From: Limisphaerales bacterium
Lineage (GTDB): Bacteria > Verrucomicrobiota > Verrucomicrobiia > Limisphaerales > SIBE01
Assembly: GCA_044225505.1 (NCBI GenBank)
Contig: JBGAIN010000075.1
Span: 1 to 38,230 of the forward strand
Direction: 5' to 3'
DNA length: 38,230 nt
A model generated the notes under the pieces. The model was given only the letters and a program-made list of their open reading frames with translations, had not been told where the DNA came from and did no database searches. This document shows, in pieces, positions 10,301 through 20,158 of this stretch; position 1 is the first letter of the stretch; each line of letters starts with the position of its first letter. The translations under genes and the position numbers were made by a program.

Positions 10301-10609
10301 GCGATGCAGGCAGCCTTGGCCGCCGGGTCGAGTCGTCTGCGTCCAGTGCTAATGACGGCCCTGGCCATGGTTATTGGAATGTTGCCGATGTCGTTAGGAT
10401 GGGGAGAAGGCGGCGAGCAGAATGCGCCGCTCGGACGCGCCGTGGTCGGAGGCCTGATCTTTGCCACAATGGCTACGTTGTTCTTTGTTCCGGTTGTCTT
10501 CACTTTAGTGCACCGTAAAGTCCGCCCGGCGCCCAATTCCCAATTCTCACTACTCGAAAGCGCTTCGAACCTGAGCTCCATAACCGCGGCGCCTCGCCCA
10601 ACCTTATGA
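7370..10609 (+). CDS. RND efflux permease (AcrB/AcrD/AcrF family)
   Basis: About 1080 aa. MWIVRLALNRP start, GILVDDATVAIENI proton-relay motif, RLRPVLMT and PLGRAVVGGL; two TM blocks. Confidence 0.95.
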   Translation: MWIVRLALNRPYTFVVGAIVLLLLTPFVLLRTPTDIFPAINIPVVSIIWQYAGLNAQEIEQRILYNHERSLSATVNDIEHIESNAYNGVGVIKVFLQPGASVDAGVAQITAIAQTILRQLPPGQTPPLVIRYNASTVPIIQYGVTSRQLSEQELYDFSQNQIRVGLATVQGAAVPWPYGGKTRIVSVDLDLAALRAKNLSAQDVVNAINAQNLIFPSGTAKIGTTEFDIELNTSPRVLEELNDLPIKTVQGATIYVRDVAQVRDGYQPQQNIVRKDGMRGALLTVLKSGSASTLDVVQRVKAAMPRILASLPPELDVKEFADQSLFVEAAISDVVKEGVIAAALTALMILLFLGSWRSTLIIALSIPLSVLSSIAILSALGETINLMTLGGLALAVGILVDDATVAIENIHRHMAAGKALDLAILDGAQEIALPAFVSTLCICIVFVPMFFLTGVSRYLFVPLAEAVVFAMLASYLLSRTLVPTLVMWFYRNADHYAEHESSAERSVWMMPFSAIHRGFERGFRALRDSYKSFLHSILERRVGFACLFTTFCLGSCLLLPQLGQDFFPAVDAGQFRLHLRARSGTRIEETAKLVDEVEAAIRDEIPRDELAGILDNIGVPSSGIALSYSNSGLIGTGDADILVSLQPDHGSTARYVRQLRARLNRQFAGTTFYFLPGDIVSQTLNFGLPAPFNVQIMGRDQAKNREIATRLVEKIRQIPGAVDVRVQQPADQPKLRFTIDRTKAAGIGLSERDVANSVLLTLSGSGQVQPAYWLNPRYGIQYLVNVRAPERALDSIEALNTIPVSAGQAGEGNGQVLGNLAFLTRTNGPPVISHYNVTPVIDIFGGVSGRDLGGVWRDMKPLLAQAEKELPRGSFLMLRGQVETMRSSFVGLTYGLVLAVVLIYFLLVVNFQSWADPFIIISALPGALVGVVWALYLTLTTASVPALMGAIMSLGVATANSVLVVSFARDQLRHGADAMQAALAAGSSRLRPVLMTALAMVIGMLPMSLGWGEGGEQNAPLGRAVVGGLIFATMATLFFVPVVFTLVHRKVRPAPNSQFSLLESASNLSSITAAPRPTL

Positions 10610-11808
10610 ATCCTGCTGAGCCCAATCACACGACGCCTCCGCCAGCCCCTGGCCGGGCGAGGCCAGGGCGCAAAGTGCTGATCGCGATTGTTTTGATAGT
10701 CTTCGCGGCCGGCGCGGGAATGGTGCCGCGATGGAAAGGGCGAGGAGAGTTGCGCAAAGTCACAGCTGAACTAGCGGTTCCCAGTGTCACTGTCGTCCAG
10801 CCGATCCCAGGAAAACCTTCCGCTGGATTGACTTTGCCGGCGGAAGTTCGGGCCTTTATCGAAGCTCCGATTTACGCTCGAGCCAACGGGTTCTTAAAGC
10901 GCTGGCTCGTTGACCTCGGCGCGCGAGTGGAAGCTGGCCAACTACTGGCCGAGATCGATACTCCCGAACTGAACCAAGAGTTGGCTCGGGCTCGGGCTGA
11001 GCTCGCTCAATCGGAAGCGTCGCTTGACCTCTCGAGGATCACCGAGGCTCGTTGGCAGGATCTTCTGAAGACCGCCAGTGTGAGTCAGCAGGAGGCCGCG
11101 GAAAAACGGTCAGACCTCGCTCTCAAATTAGCCACGGTTGAAGCGGCTCACGCCAACGTGCGTCGTCTTGAAGAACTACAGTCTTTCGCCAAGGTCACTG
11201 CTCCTTTTGCGGGCACCATCACCGCTCGCCGCACCGAGGTCGGAGAATTGATTGCGTCCGCCAGCGGCAAAGAGCTTTTTCGATTGGCTCAGACCGATCC
11301 TCTCAGGATTTACGTGCGAATACCGCAGACCGCCGCACGAAATGTAGCTCCAGGCCAAGTCGCGGAATTGAATATCCCGGAATTGCCGGGTCGGGTCTTT
11401 CCAGCTAAAGTCGCGCGCACAGCCGGAGCGATGGACGCTCTTTCTCGAACTCTGTTGGTCGAGTTGGAAGTGGAAAACTCTGGCGCAGAAATCTTGGCTG
11501 GCAGCTACGCCCAGGTTCGCTTCAACGACGTTCGGGTGAATCCGACTCTGACGCTGCCCTCCAACGCTCTGCTCTTTCGTGCGGAAGGGTCACAGGTCGG
11601 TGTCGTAAAATCGGATAATGTGGTGGAGCTACGTCCTGTGCGGTTGGGACGAGATTTCGGTGCGACGGTCGAGATTCTAGACGGAGTCGATTCATCCGAT
11701 CGGGTCATCATCAACCCAGCCGATTCCTTGACTGACGGACAAAAGGTGCAAGTTGCGGCTCCTTCGAAGCCGACTCATTTGTCTGCCGTCAAAGGTGTCC
11801 GTCCGTAA
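10606..11808 (+). CDS. RND periplasmic adaptor (membrane fusion protein)
   Basis: N-terminal TM, IYARANG...VDLGARVEAGQLLAEID lipoyl-like halves, helical hairpin, APFAGTIT. ATGA overlap with the permease stop. Confidence 0.95.
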   Translation: MNPAEPNHTTPPPAPGRARPGRKVLIAIVLIVFAAGAGMVPRWKGRGELRKVTAELAVPSVTVVQPIPGKPSAGLTLPAEVRAFIEAPIYARANGFLKRWLVDLGARVEAGQLLAEIDTPELNQELARARAELAQSEASLDLSRITEARWQDLLKTASVSQQEAAEKRSDLALKLATVEAAHANVRRLEELQSFAKVTAPFAGTITARRTEVGELIASASGKELFRLAQTDPLRIYVRIPQTAARNVAPGQVAELNIPELPGRVFPAKVARTAGAMDALSRTLLVELEVENSGAEILAGSYAQVRFNDVRVNPTLTLPSNALLFRAEGSQVGVVKSDNVVELRPVRLGRDFGATVEILDGVDSSDRVIINPADSLTDGQKVQVAAPSKPTHLSAVKGVRP

Positions 11809-11817
11809 CGCCAGTGG

Positions 11818-13368
11818 ATGAAACTCCTCGTGATATCTGACATCGCCGCTTTGGCTCGCCTCAATCACCTTTCTTTGAGACCGTCACGGCAGGCTCTCGC
11901 TGCGCCCGGCGCGGGAGCCAGGGCCATGGCACTCTCCGCATGCGTAAGCTCGATGCTGTTGGGTGGTTGCTTGGTGGGGCCGGATTATCATCGTCCGAAT
12001 GTAACGGAGACGAATTCCTTACCGTCCAGCTTTGAGCGTTCTGCCGCGGCGACGAATGTGGCGATCTGGACAGTCGCTCGTCCGGCAGCTGGGATTTTTC
12101 GCGGCGCTTGGTGGGAGATTTTTGAAGACCAGGAGTTAGACCGATTAGAATCTCTCGCGAACTCGGCCAACCAAGATTTGGCTGCCGCTGCCGCTCGGTT
12201 CGAGCAGGCGCGGGCCGTTATTGATATCACCAAGGCAGGACTTTTTCCTCAGGTTACGGCTAACTTCGACTACGCACGACAGCGGGTGAGCGCGCGAGAA
12301 GGTTCCCGCAGCGCGGCGCCGAACGGACAATCTACCTACTCAAATTTCATCCTGCCATTGGAAGCAACTTGGGAGTTGGATCTCTGGGGACGCGTGCGAC
12401 GACAGGTCGAGGCCGCGCGGGGTCGATTGACCGCTAGCGCAGACGATTTCGAATCCGCTAAACTCGCCGTCCAAGCTGAAGTAGCTGCAAATTATTTTGC
12501 GCTTTGCTCAGCGCTTGCCGAGCTGGACCTGTTGAGACGATCGTCTGAGACATTTCTGCGCTCGCTCCAATTGACGCGAAATCGACGGGCGGGAGGAATT
12601 GTCGGCGACCTCGACGTGGCACAGGCGGAGACGCAGCTCCGCGCAACTGAGGCACAGATCCCTGCGGTTGAACTGCAGATTAATCGTCTGCGACACAGCA
12701 TCGCTGTATTGTGTGGTCAGATTCCAACTCGCTTCGAGATAGCGGCGAGTAAACTGAATTTGGACTTCAGAGGGACTCCACCTGCATGGGTACCCAGTGA
12801 GTTGCTGGAACGGCGACCCGACATTGCTGCGGCGGAGAACCGGATGGCCGCGGCGAATGCGGAAATCGGCGTCGCAACGAGCGCTTTTTATCCCCGAATC
12901 CGATTGGCCGGTGCCGCTGGGTTCCAGTCTTTGGAAGCGAGCAGTTTGTTCGACTGGCCCGCTCGGACCTGGGCCATTGGTCCATCGATTGAGCTTCCGT
13001 TGTTCACTGGCAGCCGCAATCGCGCAAACTTGGCAGCATCGCGGGCTAGCTACGACGAGGCGGTCGCGGTCTACCGTCAAATTGTTTTGCGAGCATTTCA
13101 AGAGGTGGAAGACGAGCTGGCGGTCGCCCGCTTCCTAACCGAACAGTTGCTCGCGGAACAGGCGGCGCTGACCGCCGCCCGGCGCACTCTGGAGATTGCA
13201 GACAACCGTTATAAGGCTGGCCTGGTGACTTACTTGGAAGTAGCCAGTGCTCAGAGTGCGGCACTAAACCGTGAACGCGCTGTGGTTCAGTTGTCCGCTC
13301 AGCGTCTGGTAGCCAGCGCCGGACTCATTCGAGCTTTGGGTGGCGGATGGACGAGGTCCCAACCCTGA
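11818..13368 (+). CDS. Outer membrane efflux lipoprotein (NodT/OprM family)
   Basis: Lipobox LLGG-C followed by LVGPDY; WELDLWG, PSELLERRPDI, LIRALGGGW. The true start may be ATG 11926. Confidence 0.93.
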   Translation: MKLLVISDIAALARLNHLSLRPSRQALAAPGAGARAMALSACVSSMLLGGCLVGPDYHRPNVTETNSLPSSFERSAAATNVAIWTVARPAAGIFRGAWWEIFEDQELDRLESLANSANQDLAAAAARFEQARAVIDITKAGLFPQVTANFDYARQRVSAREGSRSAAPNGQSTYSNFILPLEATWELDLWGRVRRQVEAARGRLTASADDFESAKLAVQAEVAANYFALCSALAELDLLRRSSETFLRSLQLTRNRRAGGIVGDLDVAQAETQLRATEAQIPAVELQINRLRHSIAVLCGQIPTRFEIAASKLNLDFRGTPPAWVPSELLERRPDIAAAENRMAAANAEIGVATSAFYPRIRLAGAAGFQSLEASSLFDWPARTWAIGPSIELPLFTGSRNRANLAASRASYDEAVAVYRQIVLRAFQEVEDELAVARFLTEQLLAEQAALTAARRTLEIADNRYKAGLVTYLEVASAQSAALNRERAVVQLSAQRLVASAGLIRALGGGWTRSQP

Positions 13369-13408
13369 CGTTTTTCACGACTCGTCATCGCGGATGGAAG
13401 AGGTTCGA

Positions 13409-14530
13409 CTAAGCTCCAGACTCCGCCACCAGAAATCGCCTGACGAAATCCTCGTTGAGGGTCACTCCTAAACCCGGACCATCCGGAACGGTAATCCAGC
13501 CGTCTATGGCCTGGACCTTCTCGTGAGTTAGCTCGTGTCGCATCGGCGAATCGTCGACGCAGTCTTCGAAGAGAAACGCATCGCGACAGGTTCCTAGCCA
13601 ATGAAGCGACGCTGCGACCGTGATGGGACTGGTATAAGAATGATTACAAAGGCGGGCACCAATCTCCTCGACGCGTGCTCGAATATAGGATGCGTCCGTG
13701 AACCCATTTCGCGAGAGATCCACCTGATATACATCGAGCGCTCTCCCGTCGATCCAGGGTCGAAACGACTCTCGGCCGCATTCTTCCTCTCCGGACGCGA
13801 TAGGGAGTGGTGACCGATCGCGCAACCAACGGTATCCTTCCAGATCGTCGGGGCGAAGTGGCTCTTCCAGCCAACCGGGATTGAACTCCTGAAATGAGTG
13901 AGCTCGTTTCAAAGCGGTTCGCGCATCCCAAACACACCCGGCATCGATCAGAAGCGTAGCGTCGCCAATCCCAGCACGTGCGCCTTTGACCAGTTCAAGG
14001 TCCAGCGCCTCGCTTTGGCCCATCGGCTCCCATCCGAACTTCACGGCCTGGTAGCCTCGATCCACCCAGCGACGGCCAATCTCGGCTGTTTGCTTTCCGG
14101 ATGCCCCAAAAAGAATGGAGGCATAAGCCTTGATCCGAGAGTGGTGCAGTCCGCCGAGCAACCGATGGATCGGCTGGTTGAATCGCTTTCCTTTTAAATC
14201 CCACAGCGCCATATCCACGGCGCTCATGGCACAGATCGTGACCGACGTTCTCCCGAAATACATGGTGCGGCGGTACATCTTCTGCCAAAGGCGCTCCGTC
14301 TCGAGTGGGTCTTCGCCGACCAAGAGCTGACGCAGACCGCACGCGATATTGTGGCTGAACGGAGCGTCGATAATGGCTTTGACGACTTCCGGAGAGGCAT
14401 CTGCTTCCCCGATCCCCTCCAAACCGTCCTCCGTTCGAATCCGGACCAGGACCACGTCTTGGCAACTCGCAGTCTTTTGTTGGACCGACTGGACCCGGAG
14501 TATCTGGCAAATGACCTGGGTAATCTTCAT
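13409..14530 (-). CDS. Mandelate racemase/muconate lactonizing (enolase superfamily) enzyme, probable acid-sugar dehydratase
   Basis: SAVDMALWDLKGK...PIHRLLGG, metal ligands in LIDAG, WLEEP and SGEE, C-terminal PDGPGLGV. Confidence 0.9.
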   Translation of the reverse strand: MKITQVICQILRVQSVQQKTASCQDVVLVRIRTEDGLEGIGEADASPEVVKAIIDAPFSHNIACGLRQLLVGEDPLETERLWQKMYRRTMYFGRTSVTICAMSAVDMALWDLKGKRFNQPIHRLLGGLHHSRIKAYASILFGASGKQTAEIGRRWVDRGYQAVKFGWEPMGQSEALDLELVKGARAGIGDATLLIDAGCVWDARTALKRAHSFQEFNPGWLEEPLRPDDLEGYRWLRDRSPLPIASGEEECGRESFRPWIDGRALDVYQVDLSRNGFTDASYIRARVEEIGARLCNHSYTSPITVAASLHWLGTCRDAFLFEDCVDDSPMRHELTHEKVQAIDGWITVPDGPGLGVTLNEDFVRRFLVAESGA

Positions 14531-14652
14531 GGCTCCGACCTATACCGATTTCACGTCCTTGGGGAAATCCTAATAGAGTGCAATCCGAGGGTCGTCGACC
14601 GATGACCATGGCGGCGTGCTATGCGCAACTCACCACCAAAGCCGCAATCCCG

Positions 14653-16443
14653 CTATAACGATTCGGACGATGCCAAGACAGGCTCAGGCTCCACCCATTT
14701 CCCATGTTCCTTGATCAAATCCACCAATCGGTCAACGGCTTCCGTCTCGGGGATATTGAACTTTATGGGAGTCTTGCCGACGTAGAGGTTAATCTTCCCG
14801 GGGGCGCCACCAACGTAACCAAAATCCGCATCCGCCATCTCTCCCGGGCCATTCACGATGCAACCCATGATGGCGATTTTCACGCCCTTCAGATGCTCCG
14901 TGCGGGACTTGATCCGGGCTGTGACCGTCTGCAGGTTAAACAAGGTCCGTCCACAAGAAGGGCAAGCAACGTAATCGGTCTTAAACGATCGACAACCAGC
15001 TGCTTGGAGCACGTTAAACGCCAGCCGCAGCGACTGACCAGCTCCAGGCTCTCCACGAATCAATACGGCATCGCCAATGCCGTCAGCCAGCAGCGAACCG
15101 ACCACCAAACCCGCTTGCAAGAGAGCAATTCGAGGGTCAAGCACTGGTCCTTTAACGGAGAGCGAGTCTTTCAAGAGGATCGGATTATTCAACCCGAGCC
15201 GTTTTAGCTTGGCGGCCAGCAACCGGAACGCGGGAATCGCCTGTAAATTAAGGTCATCCTTAACCGTGACGAGCTGAGTTTCGCAATTAATCTTAAAATC
15301 CGCCGTCGGGTCGATCTCATAAACATTGAGATCTTCGTAGATCGCCTCCGGTCGCACGTCGTCTCGAGGTCGAATTTTGGGCGCAACTTTGTCCCAAGTC
15401 GCTCGGGTAACAACGACGCGTATCGTCTGGTCGGCACCGCAGCGCACAGTCTCGGTCAATGCAATCTCAGGTGTCGGCCGGCGTTGGTAGGTAAAGGGAT
15501 CGAACGACGGTTTGATCTCTTGCAGACTCGCAGACCGGTTCGTGAGTCGGGGAATCTGCGCCAGCAAATCTCGGCAAACTTGGATTTCTCGCGGCGAATC
15601 TTCCGTCAAAGAGACTCGGATGGTGTCGCCTAACCCGTCCGCTAGAAGTGACCCAATGCCGATGGCGCTCTTGATGCGGCCATCTTCGCCTTCACCCGCT
15701 TCCGTCACACCCAAATGGATTGGATAATTCCAATCCGGTCCAAGTTCATTCAATCGAGCCACGAGCAGGCGATAGCACTCAATTGCCACCTTCGGATTGC
15801 TCGCCTTCATTGAAAAGACGAAGGCGTGATAGTCATGCTGACGCGCGATATGGGCAAATTCCAGCGCACTTTCCACCATGCCTAACGGCGTGTCACCGAA
15901 GCGATTCATGATCCGGTCGCTCAACGAACCGTGATTCGTGCCGATACGCATCGCGCGGCCGAGTTCCTTGGAGAGCTTTACGAGCGGGCTAAACTTTTCT
16001 TCGATTCTTCCGAGTTCCGCGAAATACTGGGCGTCGCTATATTCTTTTATGGCGAATTTCTTGGAATCCGCATAATTCCCCGGATTGATGCGCACCTTTT
16101 CCACCCACTTGGCCGCTTCCATCGCCGCCTCGGGCTTAAAGTGAATGTCCGCCACGATCGGGACATGGCAACCGCGAGCCCGTAGCTCCGAAACAATATT
16201 CTTCAGATTGGCAGCGTCCTTGACGGTCGGCGCCGTAATTCGCACCAGCTGACAACCGACTTCGACCAGATCGAGCGACTGTTGAATGCAAGCAGCGGTA
16301 TCCATCGTGTCGCAAGTCAACATCGACTGCACAACGATGGGGTGAGACCCTCCAATGACAAACCCGCCACGAGCGGGATCGCCAACCACAACTTCTCGGG
16401 TTAACCGACGCTGATACTGAAACGGAGAAGCGCAATAGTTCAT
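14653..16443 (-). CDS. ispG: 4-hydroxy-3-methylbut-2-en-1-yl diphosphate synthase (long form)
   Basis: IVVQSM, ADIHF, RINPGN, RIGTNHGSL, HLGVTEAG, GDTIRVSL, CPSCGRT, MGCIVNGPGE. Confidence 0.97.
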   Translation of the reverse strand: MNYCASPFQYQRRLTREVVVGDPARGGFVIGGSHPIVVQSMLTCDTMDTAACIQQSLDLVEVGCQLVRITAPTVKDAANLKNIVSELRARGCHVPIVADIHFKPEAAMEAAKWVEKVRINPGNYADSKKFAIKEYSDAQYFAELGRIEEKFSPLVKLSKELGRAMRIGTNHGSLSDRIMNRFGDTPLGMVESALEFAHIARQHDYHAFVFSMKASNPKVAIECYRLLVARLNELGPDWNYPIHLGVTEAGEGEDGRIKSAIGIGSLLADGLGDTIRVSLTEDSPREIQVCRDLLAQIPRLTNRSASLQEIKPSFDPFTYQRRPTPEIALTETVRCGADQTIRVVVTRATWDKVAPKIRPRDDVRPEAIYEDLNVYEIDPTADFKINCETQLVTVKDDLNLQAIPAFRLLAAKLKRLGLNNPILLKDSLSVKGPVLDPRIALLQAGLVVGSLLADGIGDAVLIRGEPGAGQSLRLAFNVLQAAGCRSFKTDYVACPSCGRTLFNLQTVTARIKSRTEHLKGVKIAIMGCIVNGPGEMADADFGYVGGAPGKINLYVGKTPIKFNIPETEAVDRLVDLIKEHGKWVEPEPVLASSESL

Positions 16444-16448
16444 GCCGC

Positions 16449-17849
16449 TTATTTTGCCGGAGTCTGCGGAGGAGTGACGACCTCAGAAGGCTCAACTCGG
16501 GTCTCGCTTTGGAACATGGACTTAAACAACGATAGACGCCTGAAATCATTGAACGAAACGTAAAGCATAAACGAGATCAAAAGCACCGCAAACGCCGTTG
16601 TGGTGTACTCCACAACCTTCACGCTCAATGGTTTCCTGCGAATCCGCTCGATGACTGCCATCAGGATGTGTCCCCCATCCAGCACGGGCACGGGCAATAA
16701 GTTCAACACCGCTAAATTCACATTGAGCAACACCAGAAAACTCAGAGCTAACCGGTAATCCGTATTAATATACGCCGCCAATATCGCCAAAATTCCCGGC
16801 GGTCCACTCAGGTCCTTAACCCCAACTCCCGTCTGTTTCGAATGCATGAGAGCACTCAATACGTTAATGGTCTTCGTCCAGACCTCAGACATATGCTCCC
16901 AAGGCGTTGGCCCTGGTTTCTGTACTTGATAAACCGTCGCTGAGCTGTTCCCCAACGCCACCCCAATGCGTCCCTTGTTGGTGGTAGGATTCAACCGTGG
17001 CGTCACGGATAAAGTCACTTTGTTATCGCTCCGTTTGACGATGATTTCCGTCGGTTCTCCAGGCCGTTTTTCAATCAGGTTGATGAGTTGTTCTCGACTG
17101 GAAATCGGGACGCCCGCGAAGTTCAGCACCACGTCACGGACCTTTAAGCCCGCGGCTTCGCCTGCCTGCCCAGAGATGACATCCACCACTTCCGGATGGT
17201 CTCGCGGATCCAATCGTAACATTTTCAAACCGAACGCCGGATTCAGTTCTGTGCCAAGCTGGTATGTTTTGCGTTCCTGCCCCCGTTCGATCACGACCTC
17301 CAAAACGTTTGTCCTCGCGAGAACCGTCTGTTCCTGAACTTCTTGCCAAGACTTCACCGGTTTTCCGTCCACCGCCACAATCTTGTCCCCTTCACGAATT
17401 CCAGCCTGAGCTTCAGCCGAGTTGGGATCCACGTATCCGATATACGACGGATTCACCAACACAGGCAGCCCCGTAAAATAAATCAGCGTGGCAATGGCAA
17501 AAGCAAAAATCACGTTCATCACCGGTCCAGCTAACGCCACCAGAATCTTGGACCATGGAGTTACCGGGGGAAGTTTCTCGCGGGACTCACCGCCGCCTTC
17601 CAGAGCTTCCGAAGTAATCATCTGCGGCAACCGGACAAAACCGCCCGCGGGAATCCAACGAACCGAATACTCAATACCATCTCGAACCCAACTGAACATC
17701 TTCGGCCCCATGCCAATGGCAAAGGCTTCAACCTTGAGTCCCCGCCGCCTTGCCATGAAGAAGTGCCCCCACTCATGGACAAAAATAGCCGCCCCGAAGA
17801 GCAACAAGACTCCGGCGACGACATAGAGAATGTTCAGCAGGTGACTCAT
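16449..17849 (-). CDS. rseP: RIP metalloprotease RseP with two PDZ domains
   Basis: HEWGH zinc motif, AGPVMN, NLLPVPVLDGGH; located between dxr and ispG. Confidence 0.95.
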   Translation of the reverse strand: MSHLLNILYVVAGVLLLFGAAIFVHEWGHFFMARRRGLKVEAFAIGMGPKMFSWVRDGIEYSVRWIPAGGFVRLPQMITSEALEGGGESREKLPPVTPWSKILVALAGPVMNVIFAFAIATLIYFTGLPVLVNPSYIGYVDPNSAEAQAGIREGDKIVAVDGKPVKSWQEVQEQTVLARTNVLEVVIERGQERKTYQLGTELNPAFGLKMLRLDPRDHPEVVDVISGQAGEAAGLKVRDVVLNFAGVPISSREQLINLIEKRPGEPTEIIVKRSDNKVTLSVTPRLNPTTNKGRIGVALGNSSATVYQVQKPGPTPWEHMSEVWTKTINVLSALMHSKQTGVGVKDLSGPPGILAILAAYINTDYRLALSFLVLLNVNLAVLNLLPVPVLDGGHILMAVIERIRRKPLSVKVVEYTTTAFAVLLISFMLYVSFNDFRRLSLFKSMFQSETRVEPSEVVTPPQTPAK

Positions 17850-17870
17850 GATGATCGATGACTTCGCGCG

Positions 17871-17899
17871 AATGTAGCCTTGCACGGGAGGGCTGGCAA
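17871..17899 (-). promoter_or_regulatory. Candidate sigma70 promoter for rseP-ispG
   Basis: Minus strand TTGCCA-N17-TACATT, 21 nt upstream of the rseP ATG. Confidence 0.5.
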
Positions 17900-18035
17900 C
17901 CTAGGAAAAGCCCGCCCGCCAGGGGAATCGCCTGGGCGCATAGCCTTTATCCTCCCAAATCCCTCCGCAGAAGCCACCCTTCTTCCTGTGATTTATTGAC
18001 TCCAGTTCTTATGCCTCCTGGCCGGAAGCCTGCCT

Positions 18036-19172
18036 TCATCCCAGTGCGGCCGTTCTTGCCCAAACGTCGGCGGAGAGAATCTCCTTTAATGTGGGATTGG
18101 CAATGAGTTGGTGGCGATCCATCGCCCGCGCAACGACTTCCGTGATTTGTGGAAAGCTAATTTGGCCGCTGCAAAAGGCATCCACTGCCACTTCGTTTGC
18201 GGCATTTAAGACAGCAGGCAGCGTGCCTCCAACCTCCCCAGCGCGCCGAGCGAGCATCAGGGAGGGAAACCGTTCGACGTCAGGTTCTTCAAAGGTTAAT
18301 GAACCTAACTTGGCAAGGCTGGTCTGCACTCGATCACTCGCCACGCGCTCCGGATAGGTCAGTGCGAACTGAATTGGGAGGCACATATCCGGGGTTGAAA
18401 TCTGGGCCAAGATCGAGCCATCAATGAACTCAACCATGGAATGAACGATGCTCTGGGGGTGAACAACCACTTGGACTCGAGGCATTTCGATGTCGAAGAG
18501 CCAGCGCGCTTCGATCATTTCCAACCCCTTATTAAAGAGCGTCGCGGAATCGATCGTAATTTTCCGTCCCATTACCCAAGACGGGTGTTTCAAGGCACGC
18601 TGCACGGTTATCTGAGGGAACTCAGACTTGCTCGTCGTTCGGAACGGTCCGCCCGAGGCTGTCAACCAAAGCTGGCGCACCGAACATCCCGGCTTGCCGT
18701 CTAAACATTGGAAGATAGCCGAATGTTCACTGTCGACTGCTAACACTCGTACTCCATGCTTGCGTGCTTCCGACATCACGGTCTGACCGGCCATGACCAA
18801 GATCTCTTTGGAAGCAATGGCAATGTCTTTGCCCGCACGAATTGCGGCTAAGGCCGGCTGAAGACCCGCGGTTCCGACAATCGCGATCAGGACGATATCG
18901 GCCGACGGCAATGTCGCCAACCGAACCAAGCCTTCGGCTCCCGACTCCACCTTGGTCCCAGGATTTACAGCCGCAGCGAGTTGTCTAGCTGCAAGCGGAT
19001 CGCTGATCGAGAGACTTTCGGGACTATAACGCTTGGCCTGCTCGGTGAGTAAACTGACATTGCTTCCGGCCGCGAGACCAACCACTTGGAGACGGTCTGA
19101 AAGGTCATCGACCACTTTCAACGTGCTTGTGCCGATGGATCCAGTGCTTCCTAGAACAACTACTTTTTTCAT
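18036..19172 (-). CDS. dxr: 1-deoxy-D-xylulose-5-phosphate reductoisomerase
   Basis: LGSTGSIG, VDSEHSAIFQ, TASGGPF, HPSWVMGRKITIDSATLFNKGLEMIEA, NAANE. Confidence 0.97.
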   Translation of the reverse strand: MKKVVVLGSTGSIGTSTLKVVDDLSDRLQVVGLAAGSNVSLLTEQAKRYSPESLSISDPLAARQLAAAVNPGTKVESGAEGLVRLATLPSADIVLIAIVGTAGLQPALAAIRAGKDIAIASKEILVMAGQTVMSEARKHGVRVLAVDSEHSAIFQCLDGKPGCSVRQLWLTASGGPFRTTSKSEFPQITVQRALKHPSWVMGRKITIDSATLFNKGLEMIEARWLFDIEMPRVQVVVHPQSIVHSMVEFIDGSILAQISTPDMCLPIQFALTYPERVASDRVQTSLAKLGSLTFEEPDVERFPSLMLARRAGEVGGTLPAVLNAANEVAVDAFCSGQISFPQITEVVARAMDRHQLIANPTLKEILSADVWARTAALG

Positions 19173-19261
19173 GCGCCTATCCGAAACTCTCATCGTTTGA
19201 AGCTCAACAAGAGGCACTCCTAGGCCAGGCAGCGGACGCCGAGCTCGTTGCCAGTGACCAT

Positions 19262-20158
19262 TCAAGGCACCAGCACGTGTCTCAAGTACAAGTACATCAG
19301 TGGCGCATTAAACAGCAGGCTATCCATTAAGTCGAGAATTCCTCCAATCCCAGGAAACAGGCGTCCGGAATCCTTCACCCCAGCTTCACGCTTGAAAAGA
19401 GATTCAATCAAATCTCCGAGGACCGCTGCGGAACTAAGCACAATCCCAAGAATCAGCGCATGGACCCAGTTCATCCCGAAGAGTCGATGGGCCGCAAAAT
19501 GAGCGAACAGGAGACTGGCCAGCGTCGAAAAGAAAATAGCACCCCCGAAACCCTCCCACGTCTTGCCCGGGCTGATGCGCGGGATCATTTTGTGCCGTCC
19601 AATCAGGGAACCGACCAGGTAAGCGCCCATATCACTAAACTTGGTCACGAGGATGAAATAGAGCACATAGAACCGGCCGTTGATATGAGGGAAGAAATTG
19701 ATCTTCTGAATGAAGTTTAACAACCACGGGACATACATGAGCCCGAAGAGTGTCGTGGAGATGGCCAAGAGCCCTGCCGGATTCGTTCGCGAAAGGAATT
19801 GGCGGAGACAGAGCCCCAGGACAAACAAAATTAAAAAGCTCGTTTCAAAATCGTTCGCCTTGGCCGGGGCAACTCGCGGGGAGAGGTATGCGAAAGTGCT
19901 TACCATGAGCAGCAATCCGCCGAAGATCCCCCAGCCCTTGAAACAGACCAACCCGCGCCGACTCACGAGATCATAGAACTCCGTCAGACCTGCCCCAGCC
20001 AACAACAGCATCACGAAAAGGAAGAAATATTCCGAAACGAGTCGGTTCTCCGAGAAGATGGCGACCAAGACAATCGTCCAAAGCAGCACCGAGCTGACCG
20101 TCCGGCGAAGCAGCACTTTCGCTTTCGACGGGGCTGGCTCATTGGCGTTAGGGGGCAT
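19262..20158 (-). CDS. cdsA: Phosphatidate cytidylyltransferase
   Basis: Polytopic membrane protein with ISPGKTWEG and ESLFKREAGVKDSG...PGIGGILDLMDS. Confidence 0.95.
   Translation of the reverse strand: MPPNANEPAPSKAKVLLRRTVSSVLLWTIVLVAIFSENRLVSEYFFLFVMLLLAGAGLTEFYDLVSRRGLVCFKGWGIFGGLLLMVSTFAYLSPRVAPAKANDFETSFLILFVLGLCLRQFLSRTNPAGLLAISTTLFGLMYVPWLLNFIQKINFFPHINGRFYVLYFILVTKFSDMGAYLVGSLIGRHKMIPRISPGKTWEGFGGAIFFSTLASLLFAHFAAHRLFGMNWVHALILGIVLSSAAVLGDLIESLFKREAGVKDSGRLFPGIGGILDLMDSLLFNAPLMYLYLRHVLVP

Noticed and set aside
17896..17921. Third match resembling the ECF motif (GCAACC-N14-CCGCCA)
   Set aside because: Imperfect, points antisense to dxr, and the GCAA is explained by the TTGCCA -35 of rseP on the other strand.
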